From: Spizellomyces punctatus DAOM BR117
Lineage: Eukaryota
NCBI GenBank assembly: GCA_000182565.2
Contig: KQ257454.1
DNA: 64,000 nucleotides
Strand: one strand, 5' to 3'
How positions within the stretch are numbered: the stretch's first letter is position 1; every line of letters begins with the position of its first letter. Positions 44,647 through 58,837 of the stretch are shown here, one piece after another. The notes below the pieces were generated by a model, which was not told where the DNA came from, ran no database searches, and was given only the letters and a program-made list of their open reading frames with translations. A program made the position numbers and the translations under genes.

Positions 44647-46974
44647 TCAAGACATCCTGTCTACAAATAGGGTCGCCGGTGTTGCAGGATAGAGTTTGTT
44701 ATACTTTGCAAAAATAAAATGAATGCATCGAATGATAAACGCCACACGTGAAGCTGTCCCCTTACCCGCTCCAGCACAGCCTTTTCACAGATGCGCACCC
44801 CATCCAATTGGTTGCCCAGTGTCATCCATCCGTCCCTTGTATTATGGGGCCTGCCAAATATTTCTTTCAGAACGAGAAAATATCCATTTAGAAAACTGGC
44901 AAGGATATACGATCGAAATAATTTGGATGCCATACCAAGCTTGCGAGTGCCGGGACATAACCGATCGATGAGGCTGTATATTTCGTCGGGCTTGCGACTC
45001 GTCTCTCTCACTTCAGCCACTAGAACATCCCCATCAATCCCACCCGTCTGGAGGTGACAACCACCTTTGACGCCCACTAGGCAATGCTCCTTGCTATGAT
45101 TGAGCCAATGACCAGTTCGTCCCGTGCGGATCAATTTCTGTAGCTGCATAGTTTTGACCCAAATGAGTTCGTCAATCCGAGTGTATCTAACATTGCCAAG
45201 GGATCGCACTCTTGATTTTAAATACAATGCGTGATGGTGAATGAAAGCGCCTACCCCCAGATCGCCATGCAGTCGCGGCCTAACTCCATTGCTCTCCCAG
45301 TCACCCAGAGAAACAAGAATCCTTCATCTTGGAGGTCCTGTATAGGCATCTCTTTCATCTCATCGTCAGTCATCGTGCCGTATGGCAGCTAATTTGCCAT
45401 GAGAAAACGTAGGTCATGGAGTGTTTGTCTACTGTCCACATTCATTCACACTCACGTTCATATGGATATCCCAAGGAGGATCCGCCATTATGACCGTAAA
45501 TTTCCCAAGAATGCTTAAATCGAATTTCCGAACATCACACGATATCCACTGGGCGGGCAGCTGAAATGGCAATAAATGTAAGTCGACAAAGTGGAGTGGC
45601 AAGAAGATATCATCGTAAAGCCAGTTCGCACAGGATTTCCAATCTGGAGTACTGGTAGTGGTCGATCAATGTCGATCGTCACATTGACTTCATCCAGCTC
45701 ATAATGTACATATTTGCATTGATCCAATCTGTGGCAGGTGTTTAGATATGAGCAGTCACCTAAACTGACATCTGTTTGAGGCTTAATGATCCGCCGAAAG
45801 TGCAACTACATTACCACCTCCTTTAGTGTCCGCGGGTGCATTCCGTGCAGATATCACCTCACCTTTGGACATGGCGTACTATGTTGATGTTTATTACAAT
45901 CAGTCCTTAAGCCCCATTCACAAAATTCTTTGAACTCTACGTCCTCTCTGTTCTTAAACTACGGAATGTCAAATTGATTTTCACAGAACCACGCAAAAAG
46001 GACGCTGCAGGTGAAAGAGCTGGGGTAACAGCACCTTTTCTTGGATCAAGTTCTGCTTCGCTGTCGGTCGATGTATCAGATTGTGGAGCTCATTCCAAAT
46101 TTTCCCATTCGCTGTTCCCTTGAAACTGGGTGTGGCGAGCAGTTCTTTGATGGACTCTATGCCTGGTAGTCATCCGCATCAGCAATTATGAACCAAAATC
46201 ATCGTTGCTTTGCAGTACCAGGTGGTTCCGGATGCAGCGAAACGAATACTTCATGGACCCAGTCCACCTCCAACTGCCTATGCCTTGTAGACGGCGGATA
46301 TAGAGTAGCCGGACAAGTGCTATTTTATTGCAGTTGATCAGCGGTCGCGTACCGTTCAGATGTATATTTACAAACCTTTTGGATAACACTCTGGTGACAG
46401 CTACTCTCTTTCCGGAGCCCACCAGTGCAATATCCAATTGGAGATATGGTTCCCCGTCCCTGGACTCAAGGGCTCTCAGCGTCCTTTCCAAAGATTGAAC
46501 ATTTTTCCAATTGTAATGCGCCATTGCAAGCGTCGGCGTGAATTCTATTAGGCTGCAAGATGTGATGAAGAATTTTTCGATCATAATTATCAATGTTGGC
46601 GTTATGGAAACAGTGACTCCAGCGTACTTTCTCAACAGCGTGTGTGAGTCCATTGGAAGCCATTCAATGCAGTTTGACGTGTTTAAAAAGTTCTGTACAA
46701 GAGGTTCCAAGTCGCGCTGAGAAAGCAGAAGGGCTGATGCAAGTAGATCTTCGTTTGGTTTATTAGTATAGGTGTCTCCTGGAGACTGTATGCGACGAGG
46801 AGGTGATGGCCGGCGTAAAAGGGAGGTCTTTCGGACTCGTCCTTCAAACGACGTGGAGGCATCCAACATTACGCCTTTCGCCTTTCTTTCAGCTATCCTA
46901 CGCTTGAGTGACATGCTTAGCAAACCGTGGTTATCAGCATTCGCCGAGCTCTCGACGTCCGTATGGCCGTCCAT
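44647..46974 (-). CDS. METTL3: mRNA N6-adenosine methyltransferase catalytic subunit (MT-A70; METTL3/IME4)
   Basis: DCSYLNTCH...CKYVHYELD zinc finger, [53 protein letters not shown]...LGNQLDG. Confidence 0.95.
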
Positions 46975-47128
46975 GTCTGATAGGAAGATGAGTGCGTAGG
47001 GCGGATATTGACTTGCCGATCGTGACAAAACAGTTGATGACTCATCCGACAAGCCACTCGCGATCACCTCGCTCCACCTCCTCACTTGCCCGTCTACCCA
47101 CCCATTTCCGCTTGTCACATACCATGTC

Positions 47129-50100
47129 ATGGAGGACGTTCGCGGCGCTCAGGAACAAGATAATGCGACGCAGCACGTGCAAGTAGATGGGGCAGTCGGC
47201 AATCCTAAAGAAATCCGCGCCGCAATATACCTCGATGATAATAGTTCGGAAGAACCCGAGCTGCAAATGGAGCCCGTACTTCACGTAGAGACCCCCTGTG
47301 CGGCGGAAAATGTGTCAAAATCATATTTCAGTACCAGCCCTCCGCAGTATGAAGCCAAGTCGACGCTTCTTCGTGCTGATGATGACAGTGAACAGCCGGA
47401 CCTTCTGCCGACCAGCGGGACCCGCGTTTCCATGCGAGGTGCGCAGACAGCCATTCGAGACCCAGGACGCCAGCACAGCAGTGATGATACGTCGCACGAA
47501 GCACCCCACGATAAAGGCGAGGATGAAAGTGATGCGGTTGAGGAAGAACGAAGAAATGCTGGACGCGACCAACATAACGATTCGACGGGAGAGGAAGAAT
47601 ACGACGACGATGAGGAGGATGATGACGACCCTGAAACAGACGACGGGGAAGAAGATGATGATGAAGAAGAAGAAGAGGAAGAAGTGGATTCCGCCGCTGA
47701 TAACGATGACGATGATGAAAATGACAACATCAATGACGATGACGAGGAAGAAGAGCCCAGACTCAAATATCAGCGACTGGCAAGCACCTTAAATGAAACC
47801 CTCAAGAAGGATGCGGTTAGCGCAATGGCGGTGTCCGATCGCTTTCTGGTAATATAATGCTTATAATTCTCACCTCTGCATGTCGCTAAGACCATTTGTC
47901 TTCGAACGGATGTATCGATTTTGTCAGGCGTTGGGTACACATTGGGGAATAGTACATATATTGGATCTCATTGGCACCGATGTAAAACGCTTCAACTGTC
48001 ATTCGGCCTCTGTGAACGCACTGAGTATCGACTCGAATGGAGAGTTTGTAGCTAGCGCGTCGGACGATGGTACGATGTGGTGTCTCGTACTGTTGTAACC
48101 CATTTATCGCATCTCTCTTACCACTCCCTTTATCAGGGAAAGTGGTAATCAGCAGCTTATATACCACGGAAATTCAGTCGTTCAACTACAAGCGCCCAGT
48201 AAAGGCCCTATGCCTAGAACCGGACTACAGTCGGAAGTCAACCCGGCAATTTGTATCGGGTGGCATGGCGGAATACCTCTTGATGAGTGGCAAAGGTTGC
48301 AGTCTAGGCCCCCGTCTGGCATTATGACTCGTTTGGACTAACATGATTGTCTTACCGATGTTAGGGTGGTTCGGAAATAAGGATGTCGTTATTAGCTCAG
48401 GCGAAGGACCCATATATGCTGTGCAATGGCGTGCAGATTTCATTGCTTGGGCAAACGAGGCCGTAAGTCATCACGGTAATATATCGTCGAACTTGCTCGA
48501 CTTACCAGCAACTTTCATAGGGTGTGAAAATCTACGATGTCAGTAGCCAGCAAAAGTTCGCATACGTGGATCGCCCGCCAGATAGCCCAAGGGCGGATCT
48601 ATTCCGTTGTAATTTGGTCTGGAAATCAGAAATAGAGCTGCTAATTGGCTGGGCGGATAGCGTCAAACTTTGTGTTATTAAGGTGCGCTGATTTGGTGCC
48701 CATAAACCAACATTACTTCACTGGAAGAGTCTGCTAGACATTCATCGTAGGAGCGGTCCAAGATGGACATCGCGTCGGGCCTACCGTCACGCTTTGTGGA
48801 AATTGTCTGCCAGTAAGTGTTTTTCCAGCGTCCCGATAATGCAGGGTATTTGTGATAAGGCGAGGCACCCACCAAAGCTCATTTGCCTTCCAATGTGAGG
48901 TTTCGCACAGATTTCATCATATCTGGCATTGCACCGCTGGAGGAAGAGATAGTACTGCTTTCATATATGACAGATTTGCCCGAATCAAGGAACGTGGATG
49001 TCATCCAGCAAGGTCCTGTTAAAAGGACGGTATGTTCCACATCCATTATATCGGTACAGATGGAATAGGACTTGGCTATATTTCTGAGCGTTCGGAATCC
49101 TCCAGAAAGCCAAGCCGCCAGAAATCCATATAGTAACGTCCCTCGGAGAGGCTGTTGGCAATGATGTTCTTTCATTGCTTGGATTCGAGCATTATCGTGC
49201 TAATGACTACCGACTTGGTATGAGGTAGCGTTTGTACGCGTCGCATTGCATAATTGACCATTTGGGGTTTACCTGTACAGAGTATCTGCCGGCGGCAAAT
49301 CCGGCTGAGAACACGTTTTACATTGTGTCCCCTAAGGACATTGTTGTTGCAAAACCGCGAGATTTAGATGACCACATTGAATGGCTTGTAGAACGCAAGA
49401 GGTACGAGGAAGCACTACAGGCCGCGGAAAAGGCCGGTCCGACCTACGAAGGCCGCTTACAGGTGCACTCGATCGTGGACATTGGACGAAAGTACATGGA
49501 TACTTTGTTAGACCAAGGTACCAGGATGGATGATCATTTCCAGGGTGGGACTGGCAACTATTTATCAGACTTCTTATAGGTCGTTTCGATGAAGTTGCAA
49601 GTATATGTCCAAAAATACTTCGTGCAAACGGCGAACTATGGGAGGAGTGGATTCGCAAGTTCGCGAAATATGATCATTTGATGGTTGGGTTTCCTTCCCT
49701 TCAAATACCCGAACCAAGCGTCGCAAAAATGTCAATCCTTTTGTTTGCAAATCAGATTATATACCCAAAAATTCCCGTGAAAAATCCTCAACTCACGACG
49801 GACATTTATGAAATGGTGTTGGAGTATTTGCTGAATACAGACCAACAAGTAAACTATTGTTTGATTTCATATACTCACACCCGATCCTACGCTCACTCCT
49901 TATTCAGCTCTTCCTTAGCACGATTCAAAGCTGGCCGTCTGATATTTACAGCACTGCGGACGTAGTAAAACAAGTTGAAGACTATTTGGCAAAGGATCCA
50001 ACAAAGAAGCTACTCAAAGAAGCTGCAATGCAACTGTAAGCGCCTCTGAACCGTTGCTGGTTGAGACCTCCGTTCACCAGGCCTTCGTTTAGCCACATCC

Positions 50101-51931
50101 ACGACAAGAGATACGATCGTGCTCTGTGCTATGGTCTGGTTCTGAGACAGCCTAATGTCCTGGACTTGGTAGCGCAGCACAATCTGTACACCTTTGTTCA
50201 AGACCATGCCTTGTATATCATGGACTACGATGATTTTTACGTTAGAACCAGCCAAGAGATTGCCGATAAAATTGCAGTGGCAGTACAAGAGCCTGCCACC
50301 AGTACGACAGACCTAGGTTATATTGGTGGTAATGCGCTATTAGGCAAGATTCGTGCTGCCGTTCACCGCCCCGGGGTACAGCTGCTGGTAAATCACCCGG
50401 ATCGAATATTGGTAGGATATAATGCACTTTTCATGTTGATTCGACGTGTCATAACGCAGCTATTCCAGGTATCACGCGTAGTGTCCCAGCTTTCCGATCA
50501 CCCAAAGTTTCTGCACATATTCCTAGACGCCTTGTTCAGAAAGGATTCACAAGAGGGTGCGGAATTCCATCATTTGCAGGTACTTTATGAATACGCGTTG
50601 TGACTGTGGACCATTTGCTTATAGTGTCCTAGGTGGAGCTGTATGCCGAATATGATTATCTGCGGCTCATCGATTTCTTGCGTACAAGTACATTCTACTC
50701 CATGCAGAAGGTAGGGGAAATGACTTTATGCCAAGTTGCGTGCAAGATCGTCGTTACACCGATTTTTTCAGGCATACGAAATCTGCGAGACTCGGGATCT
50801 GGTGCCAGAAATGGTCTTTTTATTGGGCAAAATGGGTGATAATCGGAGGGCACTGATGTTGATCATCGAACGCCTCGGGGATGTAAAAAGGGTATGATGC
50901 CACTTTGCACAAATAAGGCTGTTCATGACCAAGGAATAAATGTACAAGCTGCTATTTGTAGGCCATCGAGTTTGCCAAGGACCAAAACGATGACGAGCTT
51001 TGGGAAGATTTGTTAAAGTACTCTATGGACAAACCTCGTGAGTTCCATCTGTGAACTTGAAAAGATTGGGCCATTTAATACCGACTCAAATTATTTGCCG
51101 TTAGCATTCATCGTGGGATTGCTTGAGAATCTTGGCTCGCACATTGATCCGATACGTCTGGTGGAGCGTATTCCCAATGGATTGCAGATTCCTGGTTTAA
51201 GAAACGCATTGATAAAGATCATGTCAGATTATGGTATTCAGGTAAGCTGCGATCAGACCGGCAATGAACGATATCTGATTGCTGTGCTGGAAAATAACCA
51301 CATTGATATGCAGATGTCTCTTCGAGAGGGATGTGAAAAGATACTCATTAACGATACCATCGAGTTATTGGAGACACTCTACAGGGCTCAGCGACGCGGC
51401 CTGTTGCTTACAGGTAAGACCAGGACGCATCCGCATTAGGTTGGCGGATACTTTGTTAACATTTTGCAGTCGATATGTCATGTTCCATGTGTGGCCTGGA
51501 TGTGGAAACAAAAGGTAACGGGCAGGAGCGCTGTGCCCATTACTGAAATCGTGCTTTAAAGAATGGATTAACACGCTGTCTTGTATCCTTCTCGTTTAGG
51601 GAATATGAATCTGGTTGTCTTCTTTTGTCGCCATACGTATCATGAAGATTGCCTGAGCACAGCGAATGATGGTAAAGGTGTGGTGAGTGCTAGCTCGGCG
51701 GGCCTAGTCGGTCCTGGAACAGGCTTGTCTTCGACGGTGGAGTCTTCCATTCGCCGTGTATATGAACGTCCAAACCCAGCGTCAAGAGGACTCGTGGCGG
51801 TAAACCCATCAACGACATCAACGGACAAGGTCATCAGACTCCAACCTCATCGGAAAGGACTGATATGTCCGATATGTCGCAACGCAAAGAGCGACGGGAA
51901 ACCAAGAACGAAAGCAACTCGAATATCATGA
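47129..51931 (+). CDS. VPS41: HOPS subunit Vps41
   Basis: Acidic N-terminus, EEPRLKYQRL, WD40 (LGTHWG, ASASDDG), SPKDIVVAKPRDLDDHIEWL, clathrin repeat (LYAEYD, DDELWEDL), C-terminal RING VFFCRHTYHEDCL...CPIC. Confidence 0.95.
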
Positions 51932-52164
51932 CCTTGTAATAAATAAAATCAAGCTATAGTTTATATTGGAAATTCTCCGACCAAACTATCCAGAAAGCCA
52001 CTTCTCGCCCATTAAATTTTGAGCTCAAAACGTCAGGGGGGGAAGGGAAGCGCGCACCCTTTCACTGGGCCTTCCTTTGGGGGTTTTTGCAAGCCAATTG
52101 GGGGCTTTGTTCTTGTTCCTTCCTGCCCTTTGAAGGTTGGTCGACACTGGGGGAATAACCGACA

Positions 52165-54154
52165 ATGTTTGGTCCGCAAATCGTTCAACGACCTTTCATC
52201 CAAGCAGCCAACCCATATACCATGCACGTGCCTGCTCACAGGTTGCAGCATGCACAACAACAATCACCCGCCTTGCATCACCCGCCAACAGCACCTATTC
52301 AAACTCAACAGCCTGCTGCTCCTCACCAGCCTTCACCTCAGTTTGCCACACCCATTCCTCCGCAGCCTACTATCTCCAACCAAGGAACTTCCCGAGCCAG
52401 GCCGTCTCCATCCCCCATTCCATCACGACCTATTCATCACCCCATCCCCACGCAACACCCACCGACACCACAACAACCACCTCAGCTGCACCCGCATCCA
52501 CAAATGATTGGACAGTTCCGAGTTCCCGAAGTTCCTGAAGGGTGAGCCGACAGTTGAGCCTCCTGGCTTTGGTTTTCTGTTGGCTGACAAGTGTTTCCTT
52601 TTCAAGGCGAAGAGTATCCTTGTCACAGCCAAGTGCTGTAATTGCCGAAGGAGCATGTACTTTACGCTTGCTAAAATTTGCCAAAGCTTTGGATCCGGGA
52701 GACGACAATGTTGGTTGCTGTTGCGAGTTCAAATTGTTTTCTTTATTCTAAATCCTTGTCCTTTAGCGAAATACTCTCAGTTACTGGCAGCGGTTCACCA
52801 CAGACTTCTTCTCTCACAACGGTCTTTTCGTTCTAGACTACAAAATCCCTGGAGCTGATCCCCGTAGTTTCAGTAAGTCGAGTCTCTTATCTGTGCACTG
52901 CATTTCTGACCATTCTGATGTGAGCTATTTCCTTTGAAGAATTGACCACCGCCATGTTACCACGATATCTACAAACCAGTCATGAATCAGGAGTTATGAG
53001 ATTGCAGATGCTTTTAACGGATCCTACGGAAACCCAGACAAGTAGAGATATCATCGTAAAATGCCCAAGCACTTCGTTCATTTACACCTACGCTGGTGGA
53101 ATAAAGGTAGATCATGTCCTCGAAATGGTCCTTGCCCCGTTCCAGGTTCCTTACCTGTTGTCTTCCATCTGCAGGTGATACATGAGGGGAGTTTATCAGC
53201 GACCTTTTCTTCAGCAGGGAGACTCGATTACTTTAAACTGGAAATAAGTAGCCAAACCGAGTTCGTCGCCAGGACGGCTCTGGAAAAAGATACCATTCAA
53301 GTTCTATCTGATGAGCTGAAGGTGGAGGGACAGTCTGAGGCTGAGACCGCTTCATGCCGTGGTCAAGTTCAGTCGCAGGTAGACGGATTAAAGAACGTAA
53401 AAGAGAGAGTGTATGCACCAGAATCGCCTCTTGAGGGAAGCAATGGTTGCGGTATAACATTAAGGGCAATGCGCTGCTTGGAGGTACTAGCAATTTTACA
53501 AGAATACTGGTCAATGTGGTCCTCAACCTGAGTTCTAGATTGCGGAAGTCGTGTATTCAATGCAAGACTTGATACCCTGGAGTGTGCAAAAAAATGCGGA
53601 AGGCGGCAGTATGGGACCAAAGCGTAAGTTCGGCCGCCCGCAAGTTTTTGGACTTTGTATATTGAAGTCTTTTTTCCTATCTAGAGGCACTGCGGGAGTG
53701 CTCTCGACAAATCCTGGCTCAATGGCGTCAACGTGACGGCTCTTTCAGCTCTACGAACTACAATGTACCAAATTATCTAGTACCCGACTCGGACACTTTA
53801 AGGACACCGGTGCTACCAACCGGCCTTAAACCGCTACATCACATGGTGCAGCTTACGCCCATTGCAATCACCCCAACATCCGCCGCGTCGGCAGATTATC
53901 TAGGAGATTACTGGATGGACTCACCAGCATTTGGTAGGGTTGAATTGCGCACACGCATCCCTGATTGGGATCCCAACTGAATGAAGGATATCTTTTAATT
54001 TGAACCAGCAGGAAGGAAGAGGCCGCCACCAATTGATACGTCCGATCAGGGACGCGGTCCCAAAAAGAGAGCGACCCCATCACCTCGGAAAACAAAGCAG
54101 CCAAAAGTAGGCAGTGGCCGTGGACGACGAGGGTCGATGACTGCGAGCGGATAA
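52165..54154 (+). CDS. LIM-domain-binding family transcriptional coregulator (LDB1/SEUSS/Mfg1-like)
   Basis: Q/P-rich N-terminus; LRLLKF, YWQRFTTDFFS, MLPRYLQTSHESGV, GITLRAMRCLE|IAEVVYSMQDLI; basic C-terminus. Confidence 0.75.
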
Positions 54155-54855
54155 CAGAAAGCGAATCAGCATTCACGCAAGATTGTACATAGTTAATTTT
54201 TTCAAACTCCTCCCAAGGTACCAATTTAGGGAAACACGCACAAAAAACCAGGATTTACGCATTTTGGGATAGCTACGCTAGTTTGGTTTGGATAGTACCG
54301 CTGCGTGGCGAACACGCTCCTTTGTCTCCACTATCTTTTACTATTGGTGTAAATCAGAGACCCCTTGTTGTTGGGGTGTCCACATTGGTTCTTTTCTGGT
54401 CTTTTGCAAACCTCTGGACGAACCTGAAATTATTCGGTGATCTGAGGGTGATCCGAGAGCTGTTTCGCATTATGCGTGATATATTGGTTATCCCCAAAGT
54501 CTGGACAACACTCGTCAATTTTTGGAAAGGCCGGCATTGAACATGATCAGCCAACCATGATAAGCCTCATACTGCGCCACATTTCTCTTGTTCCCGTGCG
54601 CCGTAAATGTTGGCGGAAGGACGGCGAGTGTCCACTTTGATCAGCTGTCACATTTCCTTCACTGTGTTGCAAGGTAACTGTCGTCATTATGGGCAACGGC
54701 CATAAGGTCGTGTGTCACTTTCGATAGAATTGGCAACTCTAGATTTTGTTCCTACGGGACAGCCATGCAACGGGCTTGATCACCGACTAAGGGATTCTCG
54801 ACCAAAGTATGTGCACTCACGACATCTCGCTTATTCGATCTGACAGGAAGACAAA

Positions 54856-55749
54856 ATGGGTCGCCGTCCCGCTCGTTGCTACCGTTACTGCAAGAACAAG
54901 CCGTACCCAAAGTCACGGTACTGTCGTGGTGTTCCAGGTAAGGACATTTGGTTACTGGATAGACAGGAATTTAGACGGTTGTGGAGAAACGTCCGAGAGT
55001 TTGGCTAGTCGATCGTGCGCTTGGGGACCTGAAAGGCGTGATGGAGGATCATATCCTGACGCAGATAACTACGACGATTCTTTTTCTGACGGTACAATTT
55101 CGCCTCGTTTCTCAGACCCCAAGATTCGTATCTTTGACCTTGGAAGGAAGAAGGCTGGTGTCGATGAATTCCCTTGCACCGTTCACTTGATTTCGGACGA
55201 GCACGAGCAGATCTCTTCGGAGGCTCTGGAGGCGGCCCGTATTACGGCTAACAAGTACATTGTTAAGATGGCCGGAAAGGACTCCTTCCACATGCGTGTG
55301 CGTGTACACCCCTTCCACGTCACCCGTATGAACAAGATGTTGTCTTGTGCCGGAGCCGATCGGTAAGGGTGAACATACCGTTTTTGATAGATCTTTGAGA
55401 TTAACCTTTTTTCATTTGTAGGCTTCAACAAGGTATGCGTGGAGCGTTCGGTAAACCCCAGGGTCTTGTTGCTCGGGTCTCCATCGGTCAGGTACTATTA
55501 TCTGTACGGACAAAGGACAGCAACAAGGCAGTCGTCACCGAAGCCCTTCGTCGTGCCAAGTACAAGTTCCCTGGTCGTCAAAAGGTTTTATTGTCAAACA
55601 AATGGGGTTTTACCAAGCTGTCCCGCGAGGACTACGTTGCGGCTCGCCAAGCTGGCATGCTTCAACCTGACGGCTGCTACGTTAAATATCTAGCTGAGAA
55701 GGGGCCCCTGCAGGCTTTTTTCGACCGCCAGGAGAGACTTGCTGCATAG
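54856..55749 (+). CDS. RPL10: 60S ribosomal protein L10 (uL16)
   Basis: [37 protein letters not shown]...[23 protein letters not shown]; two coding introns plus a probable 5'UTR intron. Confidence 0.98.
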
Positions 55750-55937
55750 AGGGGGACCGCGTCTATTGGGTGGCACATTGATTGTGAATACATACCGTTT
55801 TCAGTTTCAGAGCGAGTTTTCATTTGGTCTTGCGTGGTGACTGGACTCCTATACTAGACAAAACTGTCCAAGGGATTTTTACTTTATTGACAAATGCTTC
55901 TATGAATATTGCTGTGGGCTTCAATATGGCCACCGTT

Positions 55938-56958
55938 TTATCGAGGCTCTTCCCCAGCTGCAGCCCGCAAGTTCTCATCCCCAAATCGCGATACAACCTC
56001 GATGGCTTTCTTCAAAACTTTCCGCACTCCCTCATGAGTACTAGGGTTATCTGCCAGCCCATCCAGTCGGAATCTCATGTCTGCAAATGCTGCCTTGGTC
56101 ATGGGTGACATGAAATACCTAAACATGAGAAACCGCGCGTAAAAGATGGGGGAAAGTAAGGAACTCCATCCAAAGAGAATGCCAATCGTTAGCACAGGTA
56201 AGATAACCCATACTTCGGCATAGGCAACCACACGAAGCGCCCTGCTCTGGTACTCTTTGACAAATTTGAGGATTAACTCCTGAAGACGCGGGGTAACTGT
56301 GGACGTTGAAGGAGGAAGTAGCGCTGGTAGAATTTCCGATCGGAAGTAGTTGACAGAGTGAAAGAGAGAGAATACAAAGTAGGGGAGCAACGTTACTGGG
56401 AAGACGAGAGATAATGATGAATTCACATCACATTTAATGGAACGCGTGCAAACTTAAGATTACACACCTGCTAGCGGTTTAGACGTGCACCAAAGCAACG
56501 CCAAAAGGAAATATTGCGAGTTCTCATCCCTCATCAAACGTTGAAAATACACACTATTGAACTGCGGGATCTACAAGAAGAAGCAAGGAGCAGGGTTAAG
56601 CCTGATGTACACTCTACTTTCAAAAATCGTGCAACCCTCACCCCGTGTGCCTTATACATAATGATTCCGTAGCTTAGTATAATACCATAATATGCCTTTG
56701 AATAATTCCGCGCACTCTTTGCAGAATTCCACATAGAAAGGATGTAAAGCGTCGCCTGGATAACTGGAAAGCCCAACGACGTTAGGCGCGTCCACATCTG
56801 CAAAAATGAGACAAAGCGTTTCCTTTACCAGTGACGAGATGCCCTAGAAACCACACAAATTGAGCAGACAGAACGAGCTTGGATAAGCGGGCGCCCAAGG
56901 GGGCAACGGGGGTTGCAGAGGTGCCCGCGCCCGAACTGGCTGATGTCGAAGGAGGCAT
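55938..56958 (-). CDS. POM33: TMEM33/Pom33 family ER/nuclear-envelope membrane protein
   Basis: QFVWFLGH, YGIIMYK, LMRDENSQYFLLAL, LLPYFVFSLFH, FLMFRYFMSPMTK. Confidence 0.85.
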
Positions 56959-57461
56959 GCTCAAATCGGGTGAAATTCGTAGGCTTACGGGGATTGTATA
57001 TCAGGGGTAACAAGTTAAAACTTTGAAGTTCCTTGACACTGGATTCCTTGTCGATGAAATGACACCCCAGAAAGGGAGCAAGCAGATTGCTGGTGGGCTG
57101 ATGGGTCTTGTAGCGGACTGTTGGGTCCAACGCTGCCAAGGGCGCCACGTCACTTGGTCACGTCTTTGAACACGTGACTGCCATGGCAAGCAGGAAGGAA
57201 AATGATCGAATGCTGACATTGATGGTACTACATGCTCTGCACATGAGAATATCATTTTGTTTTACGAATATGATCTGACGTATACAATAAAATAGGGCTT
57301 AAACAGCTAGAGAATCAGTTCTTGCTCCTCTTTCTCGTGTCATCCCCGTCTGGCTGGTCTCGCCCACGCTTGAGGGTTCCGTTTTCTGAGATCTTGGATA
57401 GTTACGCCATGTCAGGGGCGCAAATAACGATTGACTGAAACTCTATCTTCACATTACCTTC

Positions 57462-58252
57462 TCATACCTTGCCGAAGTACTCCTTGGAGGCCTTGGGATC
57501 AGGCTTGATAGTCTTGCCACCAGGGGTCCACTGAGCAGGGCACACTAAAATACAAAAGATATCAAATTCCTAACGCTTTAAATATCCACAATCGTGGAGG
57601 AATACCTTCTCCGTGCTCAGCGTTGAAGCGAAGAGCCTCAATGAGGCGGACGTATTCACTGACATTACGTCCAATAGGCAGATCGTTAATGTGAGCGATA
57701 CGGAGGTTCTGCTCAGGGTCAATAATGAACGTGCCACGAAGGGCTACACCAGCATCTTCTCCTTCTTCAATGAGGACACCGTAGTCGGTGGCAATCTTCT
57801 TGGTAGGGTCCGCCAAGATTGGGATGTTCATCTGACCAAGGCCACCTTCCTTGCGTGACTGCTGGGTCCAGGCAAGGTGGGAGAACTTTGTGTCGGTGGA
57901 GGCAGCAATGACCTCGGCGTTCAGCTTGCGGAATTCCTCCACGCGGTCGCTGAAAGCAATGATTTCTGTAGGGCACACGAAGGTGACTGACGTACTAAGT
58001 TAGATATCTCTACCGATCATGGGAAGAGATTAGAATAAGCATGACACTTACAGTCCATGGGGTAGAAGAACAGGACGACATATTTTCCCTTGAACTGATC
58101 CAAAGATATGTCCTTGAACTCGCCGTTAGAGACAGCAACGCCCTTGAATGCAGGAGCCTTCTTGCCAACGATGGGAGCTGAATATCACCAGAATGTTAGA
58201 TATCTACTACACATTCCACAGTGTTTAGACAACGACGAGAAAACCTACCCAT
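57462..58252 (-). CDS. TSA1: Typical 2-Cys peroxiredoxin
   Basis: [48 protein letters not shown]. Confidence 0.95.
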
Positions 58253-58837
58253 TGTTTGATGAATTTGGTACGATTTGGAGAGATGAACTGACGATGAGCT
58301 CCGGTGCGTATCGTCATTTTAAAAGCTTGGGAGTGGGCTCCGGTTTTGTTACCATGGTATTTATCGTGCGACGTGTCACTTTCATTATTAGTCATCTGTG
58401 GCCGTCTGTAAAGTTTGATTGCATCCAGGCTTCTAACCGGATTACTCACCCTTCTTCAGATCAACGTCAACCTATCAGCAATTACCATTATTTAGTATGA
58501 AGATGAGTGTAATGGATCTGCCGCTGTCATGTTAAGGAGCAGTTCTTCTTGTCCATAAAAAATGGCACTTTTCTCATCCATCGCCCATGTCGATCATCAA
58601 AGAGTCCACAAGTTTAACAATGGAATTGTGGTTGTGTGATCCCCACTAGCCTGATCGCAGATATCTGTTCATCTTTGGATCATTCATCTGCTTGCTGACA
58701 CGTTTGGCACCAACCCAATGCTGGCAGCTGGCTGGCTGTCGGCTTCTTGAGAAGGTACAATACGATTTGGAATAGAACCGATTCTAATGTCAAATTGCCA
58801 TGGATTCACCTCCGGTCATGATACCCACGTGCTATGA

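Noticed and set aside
47281-47792. Poly-Ser and Met/Lys-rich ORFs
   Set aside because: Alternative-frame shadows of the acidic GAN-rich N-terminus of VPS41.
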